A stretch of DNA of 56,816 nucleotides, the filler included, from Perkinsus olseni (lineage: Eukaryota): NCBI GenBank assembly GCA_013115125.1. It is 3 parts of 3 records of this genome, joined end to end, with 100 filler letters (N's around TTAATTAATTAA, not from the genome) between each part and the next. Parts side by side here need not be neighbours in the genome. Positions count along the whole stretch, not along the records: positions 19,127 to 37,932 come from JABANN010000608.1; positions 38,033 to 56,816 come from JABANN010000609.1; 1 more part is not named here. One strand, given 5' to 3'. Made by a program: the position numbers and the translations under genes. Below, piece after piece: positions 36,515-50,699 of this stretch. Every line of letters begins with the position of its first letter. Positions within the stretch are counted from its first letter, which is position 1. The notes under the pieces are model-generated. The model was not told where the DNA came from and searched no databases. It saw only the letters and a list, made by a program, of their open reading frames with translations.

Positions 36515-37231
36515 ATGCGTTCCTATCTCTTCGCGGTTATTGCTGCTGTAGCAGCTGCTACGGAAGATCCGTGTGCTCAGATGTGCTCTGATGTCAGCGG
36601 GTGTGGTAATTCCAAGTACGGATCATATTGCAAGTCGTGGCTGAGTAGCCCCATCTGCTTCGGTCTGATGAAGAAGTCTGATGGCTCAGTTTGCTTCCAG
36701 CCAACAGACTCTTCCTGTGTCGGTGATGCGATTCCCTGCGACACAGTAAGTACTCCAGCTGTCACTACAACGGCCGAGCCTGTCACGACTACTACGAAGG
36801 CCGCTGTTTCTACGACTACTACGAAGGTCGCTGTTTCTACGACTACTACCAAGGCCGCTGTTTCTACGACTACGGAAGCGACCACGACCACCGCAGTTCC
36901 CACGTCTGCCACGACGGTTGAAGTAACAACTACCACGACTACTACCACAGTTACCGACGGTTTCGGTGGGAAGTACTGTGGTGACCTCTACGGCCAAAGC
37001 TTCAGTGTTGACTTCGAGGAGGGTCGCGCTACTGTAAGCGTCCTCGGTCAGAGTGCAGGTGCTGACTACGAAGTTGAGGGGACCAAGATCGTCTTCTCGA
37101 ATTACGATCCCATGCTACAGAAGTTGATGAATGCTTTCCATATCAAGGGTATCGATGGTACCATCATCAGTCCAACTGAGGTTCATATTAAGGCTGGCTT
37201 CCTCATTGACACCACTCTTACTAGCTGTTAA
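36515..37231 (+). CDS. Secreted protein: signal peptide, Cys-rich domain, Thr-rich mucin-like linker, C-terminal domain
   Basis: MRSYLFAVIAAVAAA signal; 8 Cys around SYCKSW...ICFGL; TTTTKAAVS repeats; GKYCG...LTSC Cys pair; intronless. Confidence 0.85.
   Translation: MRSYLFAVIAAVAAATEDPCAQMCSDVSGCGNSKYGSYCKSWLSSPICFGLMKKSDGSVCFQPTDSSCVGDAIPCDTVSTPAVTTTAEPVTTTTKAAVSTTTTKVAVSTTTTKAAVSTTTEATTTTAVPTSATTVEVTTTTTTTTVTDGFGGKYCGDLYGQSFSVDFEEGRATVSVLGQSAGADYEVEGTKIVFSNYDPMLQKLMNAFHIKGIDGTIISPTEVHIKAGFLIDTTLTSC
36785..36875 (+). repeat. 27-bp coding tandem repeat (TTTTKAAVS) x~3
   Basis: ACGACTACTACGAAGGCCGCTGTTTCT-like units. Confidence 0.88.
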
Positions 37232-37619
37232 GGACAGCAGCTGTTACTTGGTGTAGATACTGTTCTCAGCATCCCCCTGTCACGAGATCTTTCTGAATTC
37301 TTCTCATTCATGCCATTTCTTGATGGCTCTAGTTTCACATTCTGGCTAGTCTTGTCGCATCCTGTGTAGATGCTCATATATTGGCGTTGTCGAGTTGGCG
37401 AGGATGCCGCTTGCTTATCATTGGTGATGGAACGATTCGGACTGTCATTGTCCGTGTTGTAACAGTTTGCTCTCAATACGACTCTTCGCGTTTCGCTGTG
37501 GTTGGTTGGCAGTAGCAATCGACTTCGCTGTTCTCGTGCGTTGACTGTGTTGGATCTTCTTTTGTTAGCAGCCCTACACTGAACTGTTCGGTCGAGGAAG
37601 GAAACTTATTATTAATTAA

Positions 37620-38033
37620 TTACACTTCATCACTCCATGGGAAAGCATTCCCAATGGACATCTTTTGAGAGGCTTGTAGTGTCCTCGAGTACACCGGTTG
37701 AATAAGGCCACCCTCATCTCCGAGATCCTCAGAAGTCTCATAGTCAGTCATGTCGACACTCGTGCCCTAACAAGAGTGAGGCTCATCGAAGAAGTCCTCA
37801 TGGTGGACTATCACCTCATCAGTCCTCGGTGACGTACCACCTCCATCGAGAACATCAAGTGAACTCTCCGACAGGAAAGTTGAACCTTTGCCGCCGCCAA
37901 GTCCTCTCGCGGGGCTGAATGGTTGGCTATTGNNNNNNNNNNNNNNNNNNNNNNNNNNNNNNNNNNNNNNNNNNNNTTAATTAATTAANNNNNNNNNNNN
38001 NNNNNNNNNNNNNNNNNNNNNNNNNNNNNNNNG

Positions 38034-38101
<68 letters not shown>

Positions 38102-38206
38102 GCTGGGCCATTCGGCAATTTCTCTCCTCAACGCGATCAGTGTTGTGTTGACGATAGAACGGGTCATCTCAGCAGCCTCTCTAGCCGGCCTCTGCTCACC
38201 ATTCAT
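37620..38206 (-). CDS. Hypothetical protein with poly-Asn tract, spanning the gap
   Basis: ATG 38206, MNGEQRP...EWPSNNNN into gap; after gap NSQPFSPARG...TDE/GTSVDMTDYE...WSDEV with TAA at 37620-37622 and one short intron. Confidence 0.5.
37933..38032. other. Assembly gap with artificial six-frame stop spacer
   Basis: N-run flanking TTAATTAATTAA (37977-37988). Confidence 0.97.
38033..38102. repeat. (GTT)n microsatellite, ~23 units visible
   Basis: Pure trinucleotide run abutting the gap. Confidence 0.97.
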
Positions 38207-38457
38207 GCCACTGTCTTACGGTTGGGTTCATCGTATAACATCATTACGGGACAGCCATTGTGCCACTCCTGTTTCGAATCCAACAAACGGTTAGCCCGCC
38301 GTGGGGGACACTGGATTCGGGTTTGTGTGGAAGTTCCGTTTTTGTGTCCATCGTCGTGACCCGCCCTAGCTTTCTGACTATAGTGTAATAAGGGATTTTT
38401 GCCTTCTTACTTATCGCCTCACAGGCAGCTTTTCTCAATCAGATCTGTTCCTCCACA

Positions 38458-39324
38458 ATGGGTTGCTGCAACACCTGCTCAAAGGCTATTAACTACATCT
38501 ACAACTTCTTCCTCTTCGCCCTAGGTGGAGTAGTGGCTGGTATCGCCATCTGGTACCTACAGTCAGACTGGCGTGACCTTATGCAAGTGTGGTGGGTGTG
38601 GATAGCCATGTTCATTGGCTTCATCATGATCATATTCGCCCTCCTCGCCTGCCTGGCTACTAAGAAGCAGAATCGCTGTATGCTTTTGGTATTCTGGCTG
38701 GTGACCTTCGCTTTGTTGTGTCTCTTCGTCATCGTCGCCTGTGGCGCTAGTTCTTTCTATGCCACCTCCACCAACCTGAGGCACATGACGCCCGGTCAGC
38801 TCAACTACCTCGGCGGCAGCAACAAGCATGCTTACGACCATATTCGTGAGGGTTACGGTAACGTCTTCCGCGATGACAACTGCGATGTGACTTGTACGCC
38901 TGGTGACGTTTTTGTAAAGTGCGACCAGGTTACTTGTGATCATGACGATATTCAAGATAGGATGCAAAAGTGGATTACGAGCGGGACGACCGTCAACGAT
39001 GATGACTTCGTCATGCAAGGCTCCAGAGCCTACAACCAGTGCATGCGCGAGTCCCTCAACGCCGATGGTATCAATGGTAACAGCGCGGCGGCTGCTGGCT
39101 TTTGTGCTAGCAATGTCGAGGTTGTCCAAACCGTCAGCTACTATGCATTGGGCGCACTGATTGGCCTTTGGGTAGTCGCCTTCTTCACTCTACCTCCGGC
39201 TATCTTCACCTGCGTTCTTATCTGTGGCAAAAAGAACCACAAGCATTCTCACGACAAAGCCCAGCCTGCAACAGCGACCTCTGTGCAAGTGCCGCCGTCA
39301 GGCGTCAAGGTCGTCGAAGTATGA
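38458..39324 (+). CDS. Tetraspanin-like four-TM protein, intronless
   Basis: Three N-terminal hydrophobic helices, large Cys-rich loop, fourth helix near the C-terminus; N-terminal MGCC; canonical CCG motif absent. Confidence 0.75.
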   Translation: MGCCNTCSKAINYIYNFFLFALGGVVAGIAIWYLQSDWRDLMQVWWVWIAMFIGFIMIIFALLACLATKKQNRCMLLVFWLVTFALLCLFVIVACGASSFYATSTNLRHMTPGQLNYLGGSNKHAYDHIREGYGNVFRDDNCDVTCTPGDVFVKCDQVTCDHDDIQDRMQKWITSGTTVNDDDFVMQGSRAYNQCMRESLNADGINGNSAAAAGFCASNVEVVQTVSYYALGALIGLWVVAFFTLPPAIFTCVLICGKKNHKHSHDKAQPATATSVQVPPSGVKVVEV

Positions 39325-40069
39325 CGTAGCGAGCCATCACGGTGACTAACATCGATTAACTGATATTTTGTACGTTGTTTGTAGGATGCATGAAGAACAC
39401 TGAGGCTGCCCTCCTAAGTGAGGAGGCCTTTTTCATCCACAGGGTTTAGTGTTTGATTTGTAGCGGTCAACTTTGTTGGTCAGCTGCTGCTACGAAGAGG
39501 GGTAAATTATCATTCTTGTTTCTCTTCCTCGTTACTAAATACAATTCTTTCGTCTCTTCCAGCTCGTTCTGTTGTTGATGCTCGAGAGACTCGGCATATA
39601 GTTTCCAGTTGGAGTATACGTTTTACCAACATACCGAATGGTGTTATCACACAACATGCGTGTTTAGTTTACTAAGTTGGGTGGTGTCGGGCGAGGGGTC
39701 ACAAGTGTGTCATCGTACCGCGCAAGAGCCTTTCGTCTTCTGTGCCTGAAATCCATCCGCGACTGCTATTCTCTGAGTTTCGCCTGGCCGGACGCCCTTC
39801 AAGTTCACATTTTTCGAATCATATCTCCGCCTCCTATGAACACCACTTCGCCCATCGAAGAAGCGGACAACAGCAATAGTGCAGCAGAGGTCAGGTGAGT
39901 GCATCGGTGGTCCTCGGCCTGATACTAGCTTGTTCATGTGCTCTACTGAGCCTGCGGTTTAGTATTAAAAACTGTTACTTTTTTGTTGTTGTGAAAGTGC
40001 CATCAAAAAATATACAAAAGGTGAAACGCCAATACGAATACTACTGCAGTACTCGTCTGAAACCGGCCA

Positions 40070-42016
40070 ATGCACTCGAACCTCCTGGCCAGGCCCAGTG
40101 CTTCCGATTCGACCGAGTCAGAGGCTCCCAAGGACCCCTCCTTCGTCCTCGTACCGCCCCGATTCCAGACCGTCATTGACGACTCAGTGGAACGGTTCAC
40201 CAAACCGTTGTCGCAACACTTATTGATGCAGAGACCTAGACAGAGGGTCCTCAATGAGAACATCGCCGAGGCGGTAAGAATCTTTTGCCGCTGCTTCCCA
40301 AGGACAGAATCCCACTCGCGTTCTTTCAGGCACATCTGTCATTCTCAGTAGCGCCAGAGCAGCCCCCGTTTGCTAAGGTGGAGGCGAACGTCACAGTAGG
40401 GTTTCGAACTTCGTGGCTCTAGTCGGGCAGCGGCTATGTCAAAGGGGCTCGCCTAGGAATGGTTCGCGCCTCTTAAAGAAGGGTAACAGGATTTTATACG
40501 CCGAGATCGGCGACTAAACTCTGAAAATCTCATTCTCCCATAGCCTCAAAAAATATTCCGAAAAATATTCGAACTCTCAATTTACGCGTAGATTTATTTG
40601 CCTGCCGAGGCCCTGCGATGCCATTAGATACCCTACAGTGTGGACCTCAAGGGTGCTGTGACGAAGGTGGAAGATTTGGATACCGGCACGGATGGCCTTC
40701 AAATCAAAGCCTCGTTGCCAGCTGAGTAGGTCGGAGTGCGATAGTACTCCTCGAACGCCCTCTGTTGCTCAGTGGCCCTTGGTCTCCGCTTGATGCAGCT
40801 GGAAGTGTACGTCTTACCACCTCGGGTGGCCTCTCAGCCAGTGGTTTTATATCCCGTCCGATTGGTCTAAAGGACGAGGGCACCGCCGCTGTCTTCGGCA
40901 CCCTGGGTCAGGGAAAGACCGCCGAGGACAACAATATTGGTAGCCGCGCGGCATACTCGTGCTTCCACCCATTGGGGGTATCTTAGGTCTACGCGTGGAC
41001 TACACAAATGCTTCCTATGGTGTTTGCTTGGGCTCTAGTCATCACAGTGCGGCACCTCTCGCCATTGCTGGCTCCAGTACCGCAACTTCCACTACAAGTG
41101 AGAGCTGCGGGGTCAGCGGCAGCTCAGTGGCTTCCTCCTCTTCCACCATCACAGAGGACGTGGCTTCCCCCTTGTTTTCGGGCTGGCTCTGGGGACGGAC
41201 CCAATTCGGTAAGTTCAGCCGAGTTTTCACTGTGCTGCTCTGAGCGACTCTATCAGGTCTCTCGGCGGGTATCCAAGCCGCAGTAAGCATGAATGGCGAA
41301 CCTTTTGGGTAGGTTGAGTGAGGTGAGGCGTATCTTTGGTTGACCCCTGCATCCTACAGATACCGTTGCGTGGGAGCCTTCTCCTCAGCGTCCTCGGGAG
41401 ATTCTAATTATATACCAAGCGGTGGGGACTATCAATTGGTCGGGGAGTACAATAGCGCCACCAAGTCAGTCACGGCTGCCTATCATCAACTTATTGTTAT
41501 GCAACGGAAGGTGCCGGGATTGAACCTCTGCGGGTTTCGACACATCGGCTTTCAGTGCTACAACATCCTCGAAGATAAGCATATCGCAGCAGTAGCCAAC
41601 TATGTCGACCTAGCAGTAGAGGCAACTCGTCACGGAGATACCGACAAATCCGAGGTCGCAGTTGGAGCATCATGGCAGCCCAACAGAGTGAGATCTCTAC
41701 GACATACCGCTCCTTTCCCAAGTCGTCCCTCAGACATGGTTGTTGAAGGCTCGACTTTCGACCATCGCCGGGGTCGGAGTGACCGTTGCAGCCAAGTCCT
41801 GGACGCAGATGTCTGGTGTGATCGCTGCTACAGTTGGAATGCGAAGCACAGGGCCGTAACATGCCTCTCTTGTAATCTTGCTCACTCTTGCATTTCCTCA
41901 ATTTCAGTTACCTTGGCCTGCGATGCCACTTCCAAAATTGGGGATCGGAGGCGTTCGGCAAAGCTGACGGTGACAGCAGTCCAATCGGGAATAAATGGGC
42001 GCCTTTAGACGAGTGA
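40070..42016 (+). CDS. Putative outer-membrane beta-barrel, similar to plant mitochondrial OM47 (multi-exon; start uncertain)
   Basis: DPSFVLVPPRF; AYHQLIVMQRK/CYNILEDKHIAAVANYVDLAVE; VAVGASWQPNR/WLLKARL; VAAKSW; YLGLRCHFQNW...GKAD, colinear with the OM47 family as I recall it; stop TGA 42014-42016. Confidence 0.6.
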
Positions 42017-42162
42017 TTCCAACGCCTCTTAGGCAGCCCAAAAATTTCGCGCGCCACGAAATTATTATGAAGACCTTTTCTCCGCATAATGCGTCGAGTT
42101 CCCAGTCAACCCAGAGCCGTTAAAAAGGAAGTAGGAAACGTTGGGCGGGCGAAACAACATCC

Positions 42163-44451
42163 TTATGAAGGCAGCCTGTTCTGCCAGTCCTTGGCGGCGG
42201 TGACCGGCCTGACAGGAAAGTCATCCCGACAGACGCACACAGCGAAGGCTTACTGGAAGCGCGAGGCGGCGTTCTTGAGGGCGGTGGCGCTACTGGTAGA
42301 GTTCATGGCGGATACCCTTTGTCGTTTGCTGCGGAGGGAGTCGGACCAAAGCCAGGAGTCCTCGAGGACCGCGGAAACCTCATCAACATCATCATCACCT
42401 GTCAAATGCGTGGATGACAATACTATCAACAACGCCGTCACTCGAGGCCTGCTTCGAGCAGCTAAGGGTTCAGAGTCGGTATTACCTGTTGCCACTACAG
42501 CGCGTTTAACAGAGATGCTGCTAGTCGTCTGGCTGCTGCCGCCGCGGCGGTTGCGGTCCAGATCCCGGGAGAATCGGTGGAGTTGTGGTATGATAACTTT
42601 CGAGCACTCGGGGTCGTAATGGAACCTGCAGTGAAGAGGAATACTCCAACGCGGTACCATCGTCATTACCCTGCAGCGACGGCGGTCCAGTAGAGACACA
42701 CCGGATGGGTGTAGTCAAGGCCGACTATCATACCCTCTTCATCGAGGCAGCCTCGGACAGACCCGAATCTGAGAAGACGGTCCAGCGACGCAGATTCTGA
42801 CACCTCTAGCTCACTTTGTAAGTATCTCCAACAGAGTGTGTGCCGACTCCTTCCCGAAGGGCGTAGTGACTATCGCCTCCCCCATCGCCTTGGCCATCCA
42901 CGGCGCAGCGTTCTTACTGCCACCGAGGGTGGCGTCCACGCCCATGACCCCCCGGCAGAGGTCGTCCAGGAGGCCGATGGCATCCTCTTGACTTAGCAGA
43001 AGTCGTAGTAGCTTTGGTAGGGACTCGAGACAGGTAGCCAGAGCCCCTTGGACGGGCTGAGGAGGATGGCGAAATGATGATGGCGCGAACGCCACTCGTA
43101 CGTGCGGGAGCGACGAAGTGTGGAATATAACGATCGTCAGGCAGCAGTCAGGCCGATGCCATCTCAGACCCGTAACTCCTGTTCAATCTGAGTCAAGAAT
43201 CTCCCTTGACTGAGATTCTCAGTCAAGCGATTGAACAGGAGTTGCGGGAGGAGTGGTACGCTCCTGTCTCCGAATAAGAATCGAACGATGGATTCGCGTC
43301 CTAGGCCCCAGGAATCAGGTCCACTGACTTTGACGGTGGGTTTTGACTTGTTCGCTACAGCAATCCCTAACCCCTGTCCCCGATACTACCTCTCCTATCG
43401 CCTTTCCTGCCGAAGAGCCTGCCAGCTTGAGTAGGGCTAGGGCAGCATGGGCGGCCAACAGCGGTTCATTATCACTGCCGCTGGCGAGTTGCTCAGCGAA
43501 GACATCCCGCAGTTCGTGAGCTATTTCAATAACCAATTCCAAATTGGCTGCATCAGCCTTCTCCCCGATCCCCTTCAAGCACTCTACTATCACCTCCTTC
43601 GGATACAGATGGGCCGTCCGTAGCACCCTCAGGTAGACCACCAACACCTCGGCCAGGACCACCGCCTCCGCCTTCCGAACCCGCTCCTTGTTAAGACCAG
43701 CGAAGCCAGCGTCCAAGTCGCGGTTGATATCGGTATCTTCCTCTCCCGAGGCAAGTTTAACGGATAGGTTATGCTGTTCTTCGATGATGTTACTACTGGT
43801 ATCGGTCCTGGCCAGCTTCAGTAACGGCGCCAGGTGGACCAACTGCTGCGGACTTTTCACCTTGCCGATCATGATTACTATCTTCTTCGTGGCAACCTCG
43901 ACAGCCTCATCATCCTTCAGCACACCTTCGATCGCTCTAATAGCCGCCGTGTCACCACCGGCAGCGCTCGACACCACCATCGCCAACAGTCGGTCGAAAT
44001 CGTTGAAGGTCCACAGGGAAGCACACTCGAGGAGAGCACACATCCCTCGGACCTCTCTCATCGTCTTCAATCGAGTTAGAAGGTTCTGGTAGGCCTCGAA
44101 GAGCTTGGTGTCGTAGGTGAGAATCTCCTCAGCCTGTTTGCTCAATTTCTTATTCGTTTTTTGCACCCCCACGCCAGTGCTCTTGTACGCTGGTATGATG
44201 TCCTTAACAACGGCGACACCAGTAAGGACGGCCCGCCGACTTAGTCGTTTATCGACCTTTGCGGAGTTGTCGCAGATGGCCCAGATGACCTGAATCCAGT
44301 CTATGTTCTCGTTCGGGTTGGAACATATCTTGTCGGCCGCCGCGGCCAGCCACCGCTCCATCACAGGAACGGTGTCGGCGGTGATGGCCGATGGCTTCCT
44401 GAGCCGCTCTAGGAGGGGCCACAGCCGATGCGCATCATCTTTGGTAGCCAT
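42163..44451 (-). CDS. NOC3: Nucleolar complex protein 3-like
   Basis: ICSNPNEN, VVKDIIPAYK, KLSKQ...LTYDTKLFEAYQNLL, MCALL...FNDFDRLL, LVVYLRVLR, CLKGIGEKADAANLE match the NOC3 layout. Confidence 0.72.
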
Positions 44452-44536
44452 GTGGGAAGATGAAGAACCCTGAAGCAACGATTGGTTAAACCACTGGACC
44501 AATCATTGGTCCAGTGGTGCGGATCGGTAGAAAGGT

Positions 44537-44581
44537 GTCGGGCCCGGGGATCGAACCAGGGTCTCACGGATGACAACGCGC
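44537..44581 (-). pseudogene. tRNA 3'-half relic / isolated B-box
   Basis: Reverse complement TTGTCAT-CCGTG-AGAC-CCTGG-TTCGATC-CCCGG-GCCCGAC; no matching 5' half. Confidence 0.45.
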
Positions 44582-44871
44582 TCGAAATGGAATCGATTGT
44601 CTGGGCGTGTGCGAAATGCGCCGCGGTCGTAATCGCAGGCGGTTGGTCGCTCTTCACTTGAGGTTAACCTCTACAGGGGCTGTCGTGCTGGCTAGGGGTC
44701 TCTAGAGGCCCGCAAATGGTCATCATTATGCGTGTAGGGCAGCGATTGGGGCCTGGGGGGAGGTTGAAGAGGGGAAGATACGTTTGAGGTCGGCTGGGAG
44801 TATCTTGCGCCGTTTCAGTTCGTTACGGCGGTTCTTTCCGTTAACCTACCATCCGGTCATCCGATCGGGTC

Positions 44872-44906
44872 AAAAAGCAACTTAAAAGAAGCTCAAAAAA
44901 AGAAAA
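44872..44906 (+). promoter_or_regulatory. A-rich 5' leader of PABP (candidate autoregulatory element)
   Basis: AAAAAGCAACTTAAAAGAAGCTCAAAAAAAGAAA directly before the ATG. Confidence 0.5.
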
Positions 44907-47608
<2,702 letters not shown>

Positions 47609-47789
47609 TTGATGGAAGTGGTGGTCCATTATTACGAATTTGATATTTCTATTTTCTATATATCACGAATGACGTGAATGCAGGGCTATGGAAAGCCTTG
47701 ATGGCTTTATATTTTTCCGTTTTCATTTTTACTTATTATTTTCTGTTGTTACCTCCCGATCGGTGATGCGATCTTGGCGGAGAAATTGT

Positions 47790-47985
47790 GCGATGAAGAT
47801 GATGATGCGATGGTATCGGCATTCTGATGATGATGAAGACGATGATGATGAAGAAAGGTGCGAAGGTTAATAATTTGATAGAAGAAGCATAAAAACGGTA
47901 ACTAGGCAGCTGCTGATGACGATGATAATAATAAATGCTTGTGGATGGATGGAAGATGATGAATACTCGAATATGATGATGATGC
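47790..47985. repeat. Imperfect (GAT)n-rich tract downstream of PABP
   Basis: Multiple GATGATGAT/GAAGAT runs. Confidence 0.7.
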
Positions 47986-48069
47986 GGTGAACGTGATTTT
48001 GTTAAACCTTCTCACTGTGTTGTGTCCAGTCTATTGTCACTAAGGGAACTCTCTCTGTAGGGGGAGGTC

Positions 48070-50699
48070 ATGGTTGATCATGTCCCCGCTTCAACCGAGG
48101 AGGCCGCGGCCCCGCAGCCCCCGCAGCGGAGATTGTTAGACTCTAGGTTTGGCGTGCCTGTAGCGAGCGATTCTGATTATGTTCATGATGTAAGCTTCAG
48201 TTACTACGGCGATAAGGTGTAAGTCGAGAAAGTATCTTGGGGTTGAGCGTGCAAGATACGAATTATGTCAGGGCGATGTGCACGTCAGCGCAGAATATAT
48301 TAATTTGGAAAGTGAGCGAGGATGGTGATGATTGGGAGCTGGAGGCTTGCATAGCATCGGCACATAACGCCCCCATTTGGAGACTAGGTAGTAACTTGGC
48401 AATAGATTCTTTGATGATGAGCTCTATTGTTCTCGACCATTCCTAGATGGACGCCGTAGGTTGGTCCTTACTAGAGGGCAAGCGCTGTTGGGATAGTGAC
48501 ACCTCTCAATGAGAGGTTTCCTTTTGTTCTGAATCGCGGAGCGGGATTGGATATTTCGGCTCAGATTGGGCTTATCCGGAATTCGGTGAGATTATAGCGA
48601 GCTGCAGCGAGGACCGAGTGGTTTCAATATGGAGTTGCGAGGAGTATGATGATGATACAGAGAAGCAGAAAGGAATGAGGGGTCAGGGATGTAGTACAAG
48701 GGTGTATCTTAGGTTGACTAGTGAAAGATTCGGAGTGAGTCAAGTTGTGTTGGTTCAGCTACCAACACTCGATGGAGGAAGAGGGCGTGCCTGACCGATA
48801 GTTCCCATGCCGTAACTGACATCCAGTTTGCCCCTCGTCGATGGGGGCTCAAGCTTGCGTCATGCAGTGCAAGCGGATGCGTGCGAACGTAATAAATAGC
48901 GGAGGACGATTGGGTTCGAAGGACACCGAAAACGATTGGAAAACATTGGCTTTTTTCCCTCGACTGTGAGCGGCGCCTCGTCGGTGCAGATGACGGCCGT
49001 TCCAGGATTATTCATCCTTCGGGATTTAGAAACTGCTGTGTAACTCAGTACTCCTTCGGGTGACGAAATCGCCTTCGTCATTTGACACATAATGAAGTGC
49101 GCCACCTTTTTCCGTAGCCTAGTTGTTCATCTCGATCCGAAGTTGAATCTCCGATTATATCGTTCGCCCAGGTATGAAGCGATGGATCCGGTTAATCTGG
49201 CGACGTGGGTGTTGGAGGATGTCATCACCGTTAGTAGACTGCGGGCCAACTCCCTCAATACAGCAGCTGCTGTCTCGCCGGTGCCGTCCAGCGTCATCGA
49301 TGGGAATGCGAATAATAACGAGAAGACGTACTACGGGGGGAGTGTATGGGCGGGGGGAGAGTTTCGCCTTGCCACCCTATGGAATACATTTCCGATTTCA
49401 TTTTTGACCCGTCTCTCGGAACGAGCTTGCTCAGCTACGAATAAATCCTGTCGTGATTACGGTGAATTACCAGAATACTGGTGTGCTGAAGACTAGCACT
49501 GTGCGCTTTTCAATGTTATCGAACCTTCCCAGGGGTCTCACCCACCCAGTTCCCCTCCTCGTTTGACTCTGGCTGCTATATGGAGCCACTTGATGAGTTT
49601 CTCTACTGTTCAGGATGCTTCCTGTAGGGGCAACAGCTCTGTCGTGGTGCACCAGTTCGATAGTGCAGTGTGAGAGGTTGGTCGTAGTGGGCCACAGCGG
49701 TCTGGTGAAGCTACTTGACAATCAATCGGGGCGGCAAGGCAGCGGTCGGTCGGAGATTGCGGCTGCTGGTGGCGGAGGTGGTGGTGGGAGATGGGTGGAG
49801 AAGTCATGCGTAGTTGGCTGTAAGGACAGCACTGGGCGGATGGCGGCTGCCAAGGATGTCGCCTGGGCGCCGAACCTATGCAGGTAGTTGGAAGGGGCAT
49901 CGGGGGTTCTATGAGGGACCCGAATGCTTGCCTCCTGAGTGTGGCCACTCCTAATAGTATTTCTGAAGGCTCTTTCAAAATTTCGTGAACAATTTGAAGA
50001 TCTCGTAATCGGTGCAGTCGGTATGAACTCATTTGGAACCTCATGTTGTTGGCACACTAATCACAGCTATTGAAAAATCGCATTAGGGTCGTTACCGCTC
50101 GTCCAACACTTCCCCCCGATATCTCCCAACGCTCGAATTCGTATCACAACGTGGTACTATTGAGCAAGCATAACCCTACTACTCGCAACTAACCGGCTTG
50201 TGGCGCTGATGGGGGATGCTTGCTTGGTTGGTTCTTACGAGTGGTACACGGCGGCGATTGTGAGTCGTATGATAGGGTCCTCATCAGACATGTGTAATTC
50301 TGATATGAATTGCAGAACGCCCCAGGAGGGCCTCCTGAGGAGGCCTTCCCCTCTCAGTCTCTTACTTTGTTTTAGGCCTTTCGACGTTCTAGTTGTCTGC
50401 GGCAGCAGCAACCTAGTGTGCATATTCAACTGTTCGGTGGCCGGCAACCTCTCCCGTGCTCAAACTCTCGACCTCGGTCCCAACGCTGGACCTGTCTGGC
50501 GAGTCGCTTGGGACTTAACAGGAACCATATTAGCGACGGCACAGGAAGGAGGCCAGGTAATTTCGTGGCGCGTGACAGCTCCTGTTAATTGTTGATGAAG
50601 GTGCGGATATGGCATCGCGAGCGGACAAGAGAGGGGAAGTGGGTTGAGGACGTGAAGGGTCGAAGGTCTCCCGCATCAGCAGATACGAAACGTTCTTAG
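48070..50699 (+). CDS. SEH1: SEH1-like WD40 nucleoporin (multi-exon)
   Basis: DYVHDVSFSYYG, AHNAPIWRL/DWAYPEFGEIIASCSEDR, LTDSSHAVTDIQFAPRRWGLKLASCSASG, YEAMDPVNLATW, KDVAWAPNLCR, VWRVAWDLTGTILAT. Confidence 0.88.

Noticed and set aside
47688-47870. Small acidic ORF after PABP
   Set aside because: Arises from the GAT-rich low-complexity tract in the probable 3' UTR
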